Counted from the stretch's first letter, positions 23,434 through 34,501 are shown. The stretch is DNA of 64,000 nucleotides from Schizochytrium sp. TIO01 (GCA_004764695.1 SMSO01000014.1:1669648-1733647), one strand, 5' to 3'. Notes: generated by a model not told the origin, from the letters alone. Program-made: numbers and translations.

Positions 23434-26400
23434 ATGAAGCGCAATGGAAAGCGACAAGCTCCTGGCGAAGCCCCTGGTCGGGTGGCTGAGGAGCACAAGA
23501 CTGAAGAGGTTGAGGTTGATGGAGCTCAAGAAGCTGCGGACTTTGTGACTGCGCTCAACGATGATGACACTCAAGTGGTGTACGATGGCCTCTTAAGGTT
23601 TGTGCAAGCTTCTCGAGGCGTACAGGCGGAGGATACTAAAAGTGCTGTCAATCAGTACTTAAATTTGTCTCCAGAGTCTTCGGAAATCTTCCAGTGGTGG
23701 GAGGACATCAGAACAGGTCGAGCGAAACCCCAAAAGGGATCCGAAGGTAGCTTCACAGCGGCACTTTTGGATGCACTTGCAACGATTCTATTCATGGCCC
23801 ACCCTGAGAAATTTGCGGCATCAAGAACGAGTCTCGTGCAGAATCTTCTGCACCTCACAAACGTCCTCAATAGCTTCTTGGCCTCCATTCGTGATCAAAA
23901 GCTTTTGAGATGTTTCCTAAAGCTCCTTGTGGCAATGGTAAACAATGGACCAGGGGTGGCAAGAGAGCTCTATGCCCGTATTCCTTTTGAGGAGCAAAAC
24001 ATGCTGCGTCTTGCTGACAAAGGAGACATTGGCACCGGAAAAGGTAAAACACGCGATGGAAAAACTCGCTATGGATCCACGCGCCACCGATTCCTTCAAC
24101 TCACAGCCGCACTCCTGCAGCATGGTGATGTTACGTTAAAAAAGAAGATTCTTGATCCCAAGGGAGTTGCCATGGCTGCCTTACGGCGTGTTAAGGAAGA
24201 CCCCAATGAAATGCTGGCATACTTTTTTGACGTTCTCAATGAATTTGTTCTTCAAGACCCTGCAATTGGCCGCAAAACTAAAATCAACCTCTTTGCTCAG
24301 CCCATCGTGTTGGAGACGATGTTGCTTCCGCTGTATCAATCTGATGACGCTAGTATCCGTGAAATCGTGCACAAATTCCTCAAGGCTGCTTTTGTTACCC
24401 CAGAGACAAGCATCTTCCCCTCTAAATCGGACCTACCTAGCGAAGATGCCGTTCGGGTTGAGGACTCTGCATTCTACAAACGCGTCGAGGAACAACTTGG
24501 CAGGCGCAATCGCACTATATCCTTTATTGCCCGTAATTTGAATGTGGTCGATGACAAGCTTCAACGTGAACTTGTCTTGGAGCTTCTTCAACTTGATGAT
24601 ACCCTCATGCAAGCTTTTCTCAACTCAACCTGGGGTAAATTGTCTCTTGACCCTCGTCCATCCTTTAACTGGGTCAGGAATATCGTCTTTGTGCGAAACC
24701 TTTTGGCCTTTACACCACCGCGTTTGCAATCTGTCGTACCCAATTTGGCGGCAGTTAAAGTTGATCAGCTGAGCGATGCGGTACTCTCCTGCGCCCTGCC
24801 CGGTGCTCATGCTCTTCCCAAGCCGCTCCTCAGCAAAGGCGTGCAACACTTCAGTAGTCTCGTTGTGATTAATTCTCTTGACCTCCTTAGCCAACTTCTC
24901 GAACGTCTCCATGCAGTGTACAGCGATGCTGCCACACTTCCGAACGTGAACATGGAGCAACTTCAGGAAACGGTTGCTCTCAAACTTGTTCAGCGTATTC
25001 CTGATGTCAACGTGATCCTGCACCTTACGATTGGCACTAGCATGGAAGACACAAAGCAAAAGGATACTCACACCTGGCAACCCAAAGAAGCGGACTGGGT
25101 ACGACTTAAGGCCGCTCGAGCCCTTGTTTGGTACGGCAAAGTTGCTCCTCAACTTCTGTTAGGTAAACTATCTGTCGAAAAATTGATTCCCATTTACTCA
25201 GAGGATCCGTCAAGTGTGTCTTTGGCTGCTCATGTATCCATCGCCAAAATGTTGGAAGCCGTGGGCACGTCTACAGTGGCGTGGACCAAAGCCGAGGCGA
25301 TTTTTCGTGTCTGGCAGCTTCGTCCGTTCTGTCTACACCATACCGCTGCAATCGACTCTGTCCTCGAGGCTATCTTTACAAGCGTAGTGTCGACGTCGTC
25401 ATTTACGTCCAGCCGTGGAACTACTGAGCGGGCACATGCAAACGCATGGGCTAGGGCGACTTACACTCGCGATGATGCCAACTATGTCGCCTCAGTCATA
25501 ACTGCAACTGTTGCAAAGAAGCCCTTTCCAAGTTGTGATGATGTTCTTCGAGTTGCTTTTGAGCAAATTGAGGCTCGATCGACTCCCAAGGAAGCACAAG
25601 TCGTACTTCACCGCGTTATAATGGAACTCATCCATTCTATGGCTGACCTTTCCACCTTTGTTCCTGTCCTTGCAGAGATTGGTCTTGTCCAGAAACTTTC
25701 TTCGGGTAAATCAATCATGAACTACATCAACCTTGTGCTAGGAACTAGCCTTGAAGACACAATTGCCATGGAAGGCTCTATTCCGGCTCATTTTGTTTTA
25801 GAGGCCTTAAATTGGGATCTCCACGCAGCTACAGGAAAGCCCTCTTCTATTCCTCCAATGCGCGTGGCTCGTAGCATTATTGGCCAGGCCCTACAATCTG
25901 GCTTTGATGCCAAAGGTAAACGCACAGAACTTTTTTCTGATGAACAGGTCGGTGTTGTTCGAACTGAGCTCTTCAAGATAATTGAAGATCTTTCAACATC
26001 AGAGGTGTGGCAAATTGCCTTGCTCGTTTCTCGTGCTTTAGGCACCTTTTTAAAGGGAGCAACATCACACCAAGCAAGCGCGAACCCTGCCGTAGGTCTT
26101 TGTATGGACCTTCTGGATATGTGTGTAGAGCAGGATCCTGAATGCATTGTAGAAAGCCTTAGTGGGCACTCTCAGCTACGAGATATGAAATCCCTACCTG
26201 CAGATGTGCAGTTGCGTGTAGCTCAACTATTTGATGTTGCACGATCCGCAAAGTCTCTCTTTACTGCCTTCATCGGAACCTTTACTAATTGGGTGGGGAT
26301 GTTTGTAGCAAACCCCACTGAGGATGTCGCTGCTTGCTTGTTGTTGAGTAGAAACTGTTTTGTCAATGAGCATGTGAAAGATCCATCGTCGGAACTTCTA

Positions 26401-29400
26401 GACCAGATTGCTTCTGTACACGTGGACTCTGATAACGAGCAGCCCTTAGCCCGGGCACTCGTCCTGTACGCTCTCACACATGGACCGGCTGATGCGCGTA
26501 CTCTCTCTCGCTTGTTAGCTACTGCGGCAAACGAACCAGAAGAAGATGTCGATAGTGCATTCGCTGCCTGTTGCGAAGGTATTGTCCTAAAACATACACT
26601 GTCCCCGCGTGAGTGCTTCGCTGGAAACTTTCTTAACCAACCGCAAACTATTGAGGCTCTCTCGGTACTGTGGACTAAACCTAGTGCTGCCCGTATTCAC
26701 GCTTTGAATCTTCTTGCGGGTCAACCTGGAATTGCCGAAGCTGCCTTGCAATATATCGCCGAGGCAAAGGACGTAAGCCCCTACGCAGAGTTTCTGGCAT
26801 TTTGTCCGCGCAGTATTCTGGATAAATATAGCTCACCAGGACTGTGGAAACGTCTTCTCTCTCACAAATTTAAACTTTCTGGCGACTTGCATTCAATTCA
26901 GTCTTTGCTAGTGGCACAAACCTTGGCACCTGGCATTTCATCTAAACTTGCAATTGAAATCTTCACGCGCTGTCTTGAAGGCAACCCAACATTGGAGGTC
27001 TTTCAACTGATTGCAAACTTGCTCATCGCTTCTGATACACCTACCATATCATTGTTTGATCGTTTTGCTGGTCGGATTGCCGGTGAGTGTTTTCTTATGG
27101 CTATTGAAGCATCATCTGCAGATGTTGTATCCTCAGCCCTTGAAGTCGTGCACCAAATTGCACAGGCAGCACAAGGTCGTGCGCAAGGTCGTGTGGATGC
27201 AGGTCTTCTGACCCAGCTTTTTGAGAAGGAACAGGTCCATGCGGGTGCCGCAAAAGCAGCGTTGGCGTTGCTTGACTCAGGTCTTGCCTTTGCTGCAGAG
27301 CATCAGGTTAGCAGTCTGCTTTCTAGGAGCGATCTCCACGGAACGCCCAGTTTAGAACGTTTGTGGCTTGCCTATTCCAAACGTCTCCCCAACGTAGCAT
27401 GCGCTTCATCACATTTCAACAAACTCGTCCAGTCCTATACAGGTACAATGTCTGAGGCGGATTGTATTAGGCGTTACCTTATCCAGCTCTATGAAGAGGA
27501 GCGCGCTGGATCGTTGAAGTCCATGGCATTTGCAATAGGTGAAAAGGCATCATCATTCACAGGTTCTCTAGAGGTAAGCTGTGATCAATCAGTAGATGTG
27601 AATGACCCCGTTGTATTACGGTCGTTTGTGCTTGGGCAATTTGAGTGGATTTTCTCAGAACTTGATTTCTCACTCTCAGAGTCATCCAAATTCCCCATTT
27701 TCCGTGCCTTGAAGCCAGCAGATGAGTTACCTTTTACCATGAAACTTGCGAAAACTGCTGCTACATTATATGTGGAAGAGACCAGCGCCGAGGAGGTAGA
27801 AGAAACTTCTGTAAAACGCAACCGGGCCACGTCTGGGCGTCAAACTGAACGCGCCAAGAAGCGCGTCAAAACCGGAAACAAAGGATACGAGGAGCTTTTC
27901 TCTAGTGATGACGACAGCAGCTCTGATGAAGGGGATAGCGAGAACGAGAACAACGACGAACTCATGGAAGAAGACGAAGATGAGGGTCAAGAGTCCGAGG
28001 AAGAGATGGACTTGAAATCAACGAAGGCGAACGTTTTACAACAAGAGCTCGAAAGTCTGGCCCAGCAGGAAAAGTTTTCTGAGGCACTTGATCCGAGTTA
28101 TGCGATGAATCTACTTGACCTCTATTTCACTTCCCATGCTATTCTCGCAGACTTGCCACCCCTTACAGAGGAAATTCTAGCGGAGCAAACCGAAAAGGAA
28201 AACATGGAGGAGCACGAAGACGAAGATGCTCCCGAGCATAATGATAGAGACGAGGAAGGAGGCGAGGAGGGAAAAGAGGAAGAAGATGGCGAGGAAGCGC
28301 CCCCTGCAGACGACCAGGAGAAGCTTGGGGACAAGTTGACAAATGTTTTTTCAGCGAGAAAGGTTCTGGATTCCAAAATGATATCTTATTGCATCTGGGC
28401 CTTGAGCTCACTATGTGTCGAGGTTCGTCGCAAAGCAGCTACCTGCTTACAGAGGTTTGGACAACTTGTATTGCTGGATCGTCTTTTCCGTGACAAGTTA
28501 CAAGTCCTCTTAGTGCTTCGCTTTGTTCGCAATGCTCTGGTCGATGGTCCAGAAACCCGCATTTCAGGAATTCATTGCAATTTCTTGTGCCAAGCCCTCG
28601 AGATTGTTACAAAACCATCCCACACCTTATTTAAGGTCACTTATCGCTTCCTCCTGCGTCAACCTGCTCTTCGGCTAGATGACGTGCCCATGTTTTACCA
28701 GACTTTCTCCAGTGGAACCCCTACGTACCGAGGTGATCGTTTGTGGCTTATCCGGACAGTCGAACAAGGTACCCGAACATGGTTTGACGTTGATGTTCTT
28801 GTAAAGAGACACGCCCTTGGTCTTTTTATGTCCTTCATCGCTTCCCCGATGGGTGACGCGTACATGTACAAGCAGGTCCTCGATGTACTTGTCAAGGTAA
28901 CTCGGTCAGGTTCTACTGCAGTACGTCAGCTTCTCAAGGTTGGAGGTTTGACGTGGACTCTTGAAATGCTGGCTCAGGTCTCTGTCCGTCCTGAGATTTC
29001 ACCGGTGTCTGTAGTTGACCTCTGTGAAATTCTATTTCATTCTGCTCAAGCAACAGTTTCTCGTGTGAATCAGTTAAATCTCACTCGGGCCGAAAACAAA
29101 GATGAAGTTCTAGTAGGTATGGTTGATGCCGAGTTGATGGGCGCAGCAGTCTGGCTTTTGCAAATAGCGCCAGGCCTGCTTAAGGATTTCAAGCATGAGC
29201 GCAAGCTTGCCTTTCGCCATATTCTTAATGCTCTGGTAATGTGGAGCGGTGTTGAGGGTGGCTTGGATGCGATGGAATCAGAGTCGAGCTCTACAGCACA
29301 GGTACTGGAGATGCAGCACGGAATGCTTCAACTGCCGTGGGGTGACCTTGCTACCTTCATTGCTGAGTATGGTGATTTGATCACAGGAAATGTGCCATTT

Positions 29401-29763
29401 ACTGTAGGAGTGCTCCTTATTATCCTTCGTAACCGTTCCTCATTGATCAAACATGAGAATACTGCTGCTGCTATGCCTGTGCTTCTGCGATGGATGCTGG
29501 ATGTCTTGTTGCATGTTCAGCCTGACATCTCTGCTCATTATGCTTGGATTCTTTCCAAGTGTGTCTTAGCCCTTGCAAACTGGTTTGGTACTTTTAGTGA
29601 GGTTTACCCAACTTTTGTCAAACCGAATTCTGAGTTGGAAGCGCGCTTTCATGCGCTTTGGGTGATGGACTATTTTCAAGATTCTGCGCAGAATGTATCC
29701 GTACAGCACGCTATCCGTGAAAACATGCTTCAAGCAAGGCTTACACTTGCAGAGTATATTTAA
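23434..29763 (+). CDS. URB1: Nucleolar pre-ribosomal-associated protein 1 (URB1/Npa1)
   Basis: 2109-aa helical-repeat protein. N-terminal Npa1-like region (STRHRFLQL...; DPAIGRKTKINLF; LDPRPSFNW). C-terminal NopRA1-like block (RFLLRQPALRLDDVPMFYQTFSSG...RLWLIR...KRH). Acidic insert with a basic NLS-like KKRVK. Confidence 0.85.
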   Translation: MKRNGKRQAPGEAPGRVAEEHKTEEVEVDGAQEAADFVTALNDDDTQVVYDGLLRFVQASRGVQAEDTKSAVNQYLNLSPESSEIFQWWEDIRTGRAKPQKGSEGSFTAALLDALATILFMAHPEKFAASRTSLVQNLLHLTNVLNSFLASIRDQKLLRCFLKLLVAMVNNGPGVARELYARIPFEEQNMLRLADKGDIGTGKGKTRDGKTRYGSTRHRFLQLTAALLQHGDVTLKKKILDPKGVAMAALRRVKEDPNEMLAYFFDVLNEFVLQDPAIGRKTKINLFAQPIVLETMLLPLYQSDDASIREIVHKFLKAAFVTPETSIFPSKSDLPSEDAVRVEDSAFYKRVEEQLGRRNRTISFIARNLNVVDDKLQRELVLELLQLDDTLMQAFLNSTWGKLSLDPRPSFNWVRNIVFVRNLLAFTPPRLQSVVPNLAAVKVDQLSDAVLSCALPGAHALPKPLLSKGVQHFSSLVVINSLDLLSQLLERLHAVYSDAATLPNVNMEQLQETVALKLVQRIPDVNVILHLTIGTSMEDTKQKDTHTWQPKEADWVRLKAARALVWYGKVAPQLLLGKLSVEKLIPIYSEDPSSVSLAAHVSIAKMLEAVGTSTVAWTKAEAIFRVWQLRPFCLHHTAAIDSVLEAIFTSVVSTSSFTSSRGTTERAHANAWARATYTRDDANYVASVITATVAKKPFPSCDDVLRVAFEQIEARSTPKEAQVVLHRVIMELIHSMADLSTFVPVLAEIGLVQKLSSGKSIMNYINLVLGTSLEDTIAMEGSIPAHFVLEALNWDLHAATGKPSSIPPMRVARSIIGQALQSGFDAKGKRTELFSDEQVGVVRTELFKIIEDLSTSEVWQIALLVSRALGTFLKGATSHQASANPAVGLCMDLLDMCVEQDPECIVESLSGHSQLRDMKSLPADVQLRVAQLFDVARSAKSLFTAFIGTFTNWVGMFVANPTEDVAACLLLSRNCFVNEHVKDPSSELLDQIASVHVDSDNEQPLARALVLYALTHGPADARTLSRLLATAANEPEEDVDSAFAACCEGIVLKHTLSPRECFAGNFLNQPQTIEALSVLWTKPSAARIHALNLLAGQPGIAEAALQYIAEAKDVSPYAEFLAFCPRSILDKYSSPGLWKRLLSHKFKLSGDLHSIQSLLVAQTLAPGISSKLAIEIFTRCLEGNPTLEVFQLIANLLIASDTPTISLFDRFAGRIAGECFLMAIEASSADVVSSALEVVHQIAQAAQGRAQGRVDAGLLTQLFEKEQVHAGAAKAALALLDSGLAFAAEHQVSSLLSRSDLHGTPSLERLWLAYSKRLPNVACASSHFNKLVQSYTGTMSEADCIRRYLIQLYEEERAGSLKSMAFAIGEKASSFTGSLEVSCDQSVDVNDPVVLRSFVLGQFEWIFSELDFSLSESSKFPIFRALKPADELPFTMKLAKTAATLYVEETSAEEVEETSVKRNRATSGRQTERAKKRVKTGNKGYEELFSSDDDSSSDEGDSENENNDELMEEDEDEGQESEEEMDLKSTKANVLQQELESLAQQEKFSEALDPSYAMNLLDLYFTSHAILADLPPLTEEILAEQTEKENMEEHEDEDAPEHNDRDEEGGEEGKEEEDGEEAPPADDQEKLGDKLTNVFSARKVLDSKMISYCIWALSSLCVEVRRKAATCLQRFGQLVLLDRLFRDKLQVLLVLRFVRNALVDGPETRISGIHCNFLCQALEIVTKPSHTLFKVTYRFLLRQPALRLDDVPMFYQTFSSGTPTYRGDRLWLIRTVEQGTRTWFDVDVLVKRHALGLFMSFIASPMGDAYMYKQVLDVLVKVTRSGSTAVRQLLKVGGLTWTLEMLAQVSVRPEISPVSVVDLCEILFHSAQATVSRVNQLNLTRAENKDEVLVGMVDAELMGAAVWLLQIAPGLLKDFKHERKLAFRHILNALVMWSGVEGGLDAMESESSSTAQVLEMQHGMLQLPWGDLATFIAEYGDLITGNVPFTVGVLLIILRNRSSLIKHENTAAAMPVLLRWMLDVLLHVQPDISAHYAWILSKCVLALANWFGTFSEVYPTFVKPNSELEARFHALWVMDYFQDSAQNVSVQHAIRENMLQARLTLAEYI

Positions 29764-30322
29764 GAAGTCAAATAAACATCAAGATCACAAGAGGAGCTAG
29801 GATCTCTGAATAGCGATCACATTCGAAATAGTAATATCCTTAGTCATTGAAATTCAAAAAAGAAATTAGAGCAAAATAGTCGATCTATCCATCAAACAAC
29901 ACTTATCTTAACTTTATGATATCTTTACTGTCATTCGTACGGCCATGTGTCTCTATTCTATGGAAAATAAGCTCAGTTCAAAACTATAATAAAAAGGCAG
30001 GATTTATTGTATCAAGTACTTCTTGCTCCAAGTATCTCGAATCAACATTAAAGTTTCGTTGGTTTCCCCAGCATAAGCATAGTCGCATTTTTTTCTCCCA
30101 ACCCAATCAGCATAGCAGCAGGAGAAGGATTTTGACGGGGAGTAACCTTTTCGTGATATGTCACTTGAAGCGTAGAATTCTGTTGATCTAATCCATATGA
30201 CGCGAAAACTGACCAAAGGGAAATGAGCAGAGAATTAATAATATGATTGTGTATGTTTGCTTGTATTATCTGATAGTTTATAAAATAAGACGAACTTTCG
30301 AAAGCAACTTGTAGTCGGTTTT

Positions 30323-33300
30323 TTACGAAAGATCAAGTTTCGGCCGCAACTCATCATTGCCATGAGCATAAAAGCAACGATCGCCCATGCGGCAATGCTC
30401 CCCCATCGAGTTTTCCCAATTCTTGCATAAAACAGTTTTATAATGTGGGTCAAGCTTCGGATCACCAGAATAGCGAGATTTTTTCTTGCTAGATTTTCTT
30501 CCCGAGGGAGGTTGTGGTGGAGTGCTCGAGCCACCCAGCGAGGCTGTGTGAGGAGATGAAGATAAGGGAGGCTTCGATGTTCCTCCACCTCGCCAATTGT
30601 CACTTGGGGTTCGAATTCCAGTACCAAAGGGTGATACCCCAGCAGTAGCCTTGTTTGGAGAAGATGACAGACGAACTGGAGAGGCCGAGCGCATGGGCGA
30701 GCTTTCCCTTCCTCCGGGTTGGGCTGTTCGTTCGCGATTGAATAAATGAGCTGGTGCAATTTGTGGCGGAGCAATACTAGCTTCACTGCTGGTTAATGGT
30801 GCATGAAGCGCCTGGTGTATTCCAGATGGTGCCTCTGAAGTAGTATTTGCGAACGCTTCAAATCCGGGTGGTGGCTGGACAGAAGGACGGAGCACCGAAT
30901 GATTTTGCCCTAAAGTTAGATGAGACGTTGCACCGAGAGCGGGTGATGGTGCGCGGAGAGGTTCGAGCATTGGTGACGAGGTTGTCGATGAAAGAGATTG
31001 GGATGCTTTGTTACTCTGTGAAGCAAGTGGAGGCAAACCTTCTTGGTCTAAGGAATCCATCACGCATTGCGATCGTACCTTAAAAGGGCGAGAATCCTCT
31101 AACATATCTTGGGACAAGCTCTGCGTCTTCTTCTGTGGTGAGGATGTTCCATGCGACATACTCGATGAAGAACTGACAGTACTATTGATTGACTGTTGCG
31201 ATTTCAGATGATCCTTCACTTCAGTACTTGAACTGCGCATAGTAAATGCCTTGGCTTCTTCTGCTCGGGACGCAGCTTCAGGCCCATGTTTTGCAACCGT
31301 GAAAGCACCAAGGATTTCCGCAAACTCAGGTTCGTGCGCACAATGCTCAAGTACTAGGCGGTGACAGACTATAAGTAAACGAGGGAAGCGGTTAGATCCA
31401 ATGAACTCATCCAAGAACCGCTCAGGTAAAGGAGACAAGAGATCTCGAACTTTCGGGCTTGATTCACGAATGTGAGAATACTTGTTCCGCATATAACGTA
31501 GTAGGTCTCGTAAAGAGTGCGTCGTGTAGTAACGACGCTTACTTTCCACAACATCGGTCCGGAGGTCCGGATGCAAACGCTGCAACCATCCTTGCGAACC
31601 GAAAACCTCTTTTGCTTGTTCCTCAAACTTTTCATGTAATGTAGACTCGGGAACGGAAAACGGTCGGGGTTCTCCGCTAACACGATCCTCAATACGGTCC
31701 AACTCGAGACGATCACTCACATGCTTCAAGAAGTCCATTTTCCGTGCAGCACTCCAAAGCAAAGGATGTTCCATACATTCCTCAATATTTGGACGTGATT
31801 GTGGGTTGTGGCGAACCATTTGGCCAATAAGATCCTGGGCCTCGGGATAATTGCGGATGCGATCGAGATTGACTGGATTGTTTTCCATTATATTCTTTTC
31901 GCGTTCGAATGCATCTCCAAAAGGATGAAACCCGTTGCTTACTACGTAAAAAAAGACACATCCCATAGAGAAAACGTCCACCTTGCGGCCACATCGGATA
32001 GCGACATCGCGTTCCAGCTCTGTTGCACCTTTGCTTCGCAGTGAGGACAAAAGTTCCGGAGCACGCCACCCAACTGTCCCAGATCCATGCATGCTTGTAC
32101 CACCATAGATTGAACTTGTAGTCCCAGAAAACTTGCGACCGAGACCCATATCAGAAAGTTTTGCCTCATAGAACTCTCCTAGACCTGCGAGATAAGAACT
32201 TCCACCACTTGAAGTACTACGAGTAAGTTCTGTAGACGGCTCTGCACCACCAGATGGGTTAATGGGATCCCACACACCATCTTCTACTTCTCTTTTGGCT
32301 TCCGAGATATTGCGTGTCTCGATGACTAAGATATTCTGTGGTTTGATATCACAATGCACAATACAGAGGGTGTGGAGGTGTTTGGTTGCATCGGCGAGAG
32401 ACTGTAGGAAGGTGATTGTAGATTCAGGGAGACGGACATTCTTCTTGGCACTCTTGTTCACAAGCTCTCTGCGGCCGCGATTCAGATCCTTTAGATGAGA
32501 TACGGCCGTCTCCAAGGTATAATCACACAGTTCAAGCGCCAAGTAAATGAACTCGCGAGTCTCTTCCTGCGTGAAGTAACGAACAACATTCGAGTGGCCA
32601 TCCGAGCGAATCAATAGGTCAATTTCCTTCTTTGCCAGCTTGAACTGACTAGCCACGACCTTTTTCACAGCAACTGGGCGGTCCCTGAGCTTGCCCTTCA
32701 GCACCGTAGTACCATGGCAGCCACGACCCAAGACAGAAGTACTGTGCACAGTAATCTGTCCGACGCGCTCTGTTTCAGTAATAGGGTCGTATTCTACCTC
32801 TAGTTCATTGCCGCCTCGTCTCTTATATTTGTTAGAGCGCCAAAAGAACCCTGCAGTGAGGAAAATGACCAGGAGAATTAACGCCATGATAACGGCTTGT
32901 AGGTTGCGAATTTGACCTCCATCCTGCGGTCCAGGTGAAAAGTTTGAGAAGGGAATTGAGGATGCATCAAAGTGTTCGTTATCAAATGGGCTTGGAAGTT
33001 GCTCTTCAGCCTCCGGCCCAGGAAGTCCATGAGAAGGTAAATGAGCTGGAAGACCCGGCCACCGGGTTTGGGGTTGTTTTCGACGCCTTGAGCCAGGGTC
33101 ATCAAGTTCCGAGGCAGAGCCATCATCGAGCAAAAGGTGCTGGTTTGTCACATGGTATGGGCCTTGCAACGGGAAATCTTGATCTATATGTGTACATTGC
33201 TCTTGATCCGCAGGGACGCCAACTCCATAATTGCGACGGAAGTCAATATCTTCAGGAAAAACCTCCGAGCTACAGCGAATATCGCGTCCTGGCCTATTCG

Positions 33301-34501
33301 TCGTGGCATAAACTTGAACGTGACCATTCTTGAACTTGATACGCTGGAGATAGATTGGTTTTGCATCTGGGAGGTTTCCAATCACTTGTTGACCTTCATT
33401 GGCTAAAGACATCTCGGAGACAAAACGCCAGTTTTTTTCATTGGAACGGCTCACGCCAAAGACAGCTGTAACAGGAACACCTTCCCAAGTGGCCCGTCCT
33501 GCAACGGCTGTGTCGATTTCCAATGTATTGGAATCAAGACGAGGCACATTTCGATCACGTGACAGGAATTGGCCATAGGTAAAGTTCCATACCTCAAGAC
33601 CAGACGCTGCATTGAAAGCACGAACATGATAGTCCACACGACCTATCGTAATGGGGCTAGAATCTGGAAAAGGCAGTTCCTTCTTACCAAACTCTGGTGG
33701 AGGTTGGTTTGATCCAACATCTTCCCATCGCCCATTGAGCAAAGAGCCTGTGTCCGATGTGAACACTCGCAAACGGCGGCCCGTGTTGGGGTCTAGCTCA
33801 AAGTACGAGGTCTTGCGCTGACCAACGACACGGATTTCATCTTCTTCATCCCCAAGAGTATCTGTCAAAGGACAGCTGTTTACGAGATCCGGAATCGATA
33901 GATGATGCAGAGACAAATCTGCTTCTTCTGAGAATAAGTACAAGAGGCCATCATCACCAGGAACAACACCTCCTTTAAATGAGGGAGCTTGGAACGACTT
34001 AATAGTAGGTCCTCCCACCTCATCTGAGCTCCAAAGTTTTTCGCCATCTTCCACGCGTACACCATGGATACTTCCATCCACAGTACCAAGAATCATTACC
34101 TCTGGCGATTCAGGAGTTCCAAACACAACCACATTGGAGGATGATTCGTCGTCGTCGTTGTTTCCTCCATCTACAGAAGACCTTCGGTCCTGTCTATGAG
34201 CTGCCATCATGCTATTCCTGAGCTCCACAAAGTTATCTCGATCATCTATTTGGCCGAAACGAGGTTCATCATCGTCCACAATATCTACATCATCTATAGA
34301 GATATCTTGGCGTATTGTTGTAGGCCTCTCACTTGATGAGGTAGCACTAGCGCGCGAGGATCTTCCTCTCGCAGCAGCAGCAGCAGCAGCAGCAGCTTGC
34401 CGTCTTTGTCCTGGAGTGGCCTGAATGAGTGAGGTTTGTGTGTCAGCAATGGCCAAAAAGACCAGAAACAACCATACCCGCACAACGATGTCGCTTCGCA
34501 T
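30323..34501 (-). CDS. IRE1: IRE1 ER-stress sensor kinase/endoribonuclease with an extra C-terminal CCCH zinc finger
   Basis: Signal peptide and luminal domain (ILGTVDGSIHGV..DGEKLWS; ITIGRVDYHV..WNFTY), one TM (IMALILLVIFLTAGFFW), kinase (LGRGCHGT, VAVKK, SDGHSNVVRY, DMG, GTVGWRAPE), KEN RNase (DFLKHVSDRLE; RDLLRYMRNKYSH) and terminal YKTVLC-x10-C-x5-C-x3-H. First ATG at 34501. Confidence 0.95.
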   Translation of the reverse strand: MRSDIVVRVWLFLVFLAIADTQTSLIQATPGQRRQAAAAAAAAARGRSSRASATSSSERPTTIRQDISIDDVDIVDDDEPRFGQIDDRDNFVELRNSMMAAHRQDRRSSVDGGNNDDDESSSNVVVFGTPESPEVMILGTVDGSIHGVRVEDGEKLWSSDEVGGPTIKSFQAPSFKGGVVPGDDGLLYLFSEEADLSLHHLSIPDLVNSCPLTDTLGDEEDEIRVVGQRKTSYFELDPNTGRRLRVFTSDTGSLLNGRWEDVGSNQPPPEFGKKELPFPDSSPITIGRVDYHVRAFNAASGLEVWNFTYGQFLSRDRNVPRLDSNTLEIDTAVAGRATWEGVPVTAVFGVSRSNEKNWRFVSEMSLANEGQQVIGNLPDAKPIYLQRIKFKNGHVQVYATTNRPGRDIRCSSEVFPEDIDFRRNYGVGVPADQEQCTHIDQDFPLQGPYHVTNQHLLLDDGSASELDDPGSRRRKQPQTRWPGLPAHLPSHGLPGPEAEEQLPSPFDNEHFDASSIPFSNFSPGPQDGGQIRNLQAVIMALILLVIFLTAGFFWRSNKYKRRGGNELEVEYDPITETERVGQITVHSTSVLGRGCHGTTVLKGKLRDRPVAVKKVVASQFKLAKKEIDLLIRSDGHSNVVRYFTQEETREFIYLALELCDYTLETAVSHLKDLNRGRRELVNKSAKKNVRLPESTITFLQSLADATKHLHTLCIVHCDIKPQNILVIETRNISEAKREVEDGVWDPINPSGGAEPSTELTRSTSSGGSSYLAGLGEFYEAKLSDMGLGRKFSGTTSSIYGGTSMHGSGTVGWRAPELLSSLRSKGATELERDVAIRCGRKVDVFSMGCVFFYVVSNGFHPFGDAFEREKNIMENNPVNLDRIRNYPEAQDLIGQMVRHNPQSRPNIEECMEHPLLWSAARKMDFLKHVSDRLELDRIEDRVSGEPRPFSVPESTLHEKFEEQAKEVFGSQGWLQRLHPDLRTDVVESKRRYYTTHSLRDLLRYMRNKYSHIRESSPKVRDLLSPLPERFLDEFIGSNRFPRLLIVCHRLVLEHCAHEPEFAEILGAFTVAKHGPEAASRAEEAKAFTMRSSSTEVKDHLKSQQSINSTVSSSSSMSHGTSSPQKKTQSLSQDMLEDSRPFKVRSQCVMDSLDQEGLPPLASQSNKASQSLSSTTSSPMLEPLRAPSPALGATSHLTLGQNHSVLRPSVQPPPGFEAFANTTSEAPSGIHQALHAPLTSSEASIAPPQIAPAHLFNRERTAQPGGRESSPMRSASPVRLSSSPNKATAGVSPFGTGIRTPSDNWRGGGTSKPPLSSSPHTASLGGSSTPPQPPSGRKSSKKKSRYSGDPKLDPHYKTVLCKNWENSMGEHCRMGDRCFYAHGNDELRPKLDLS

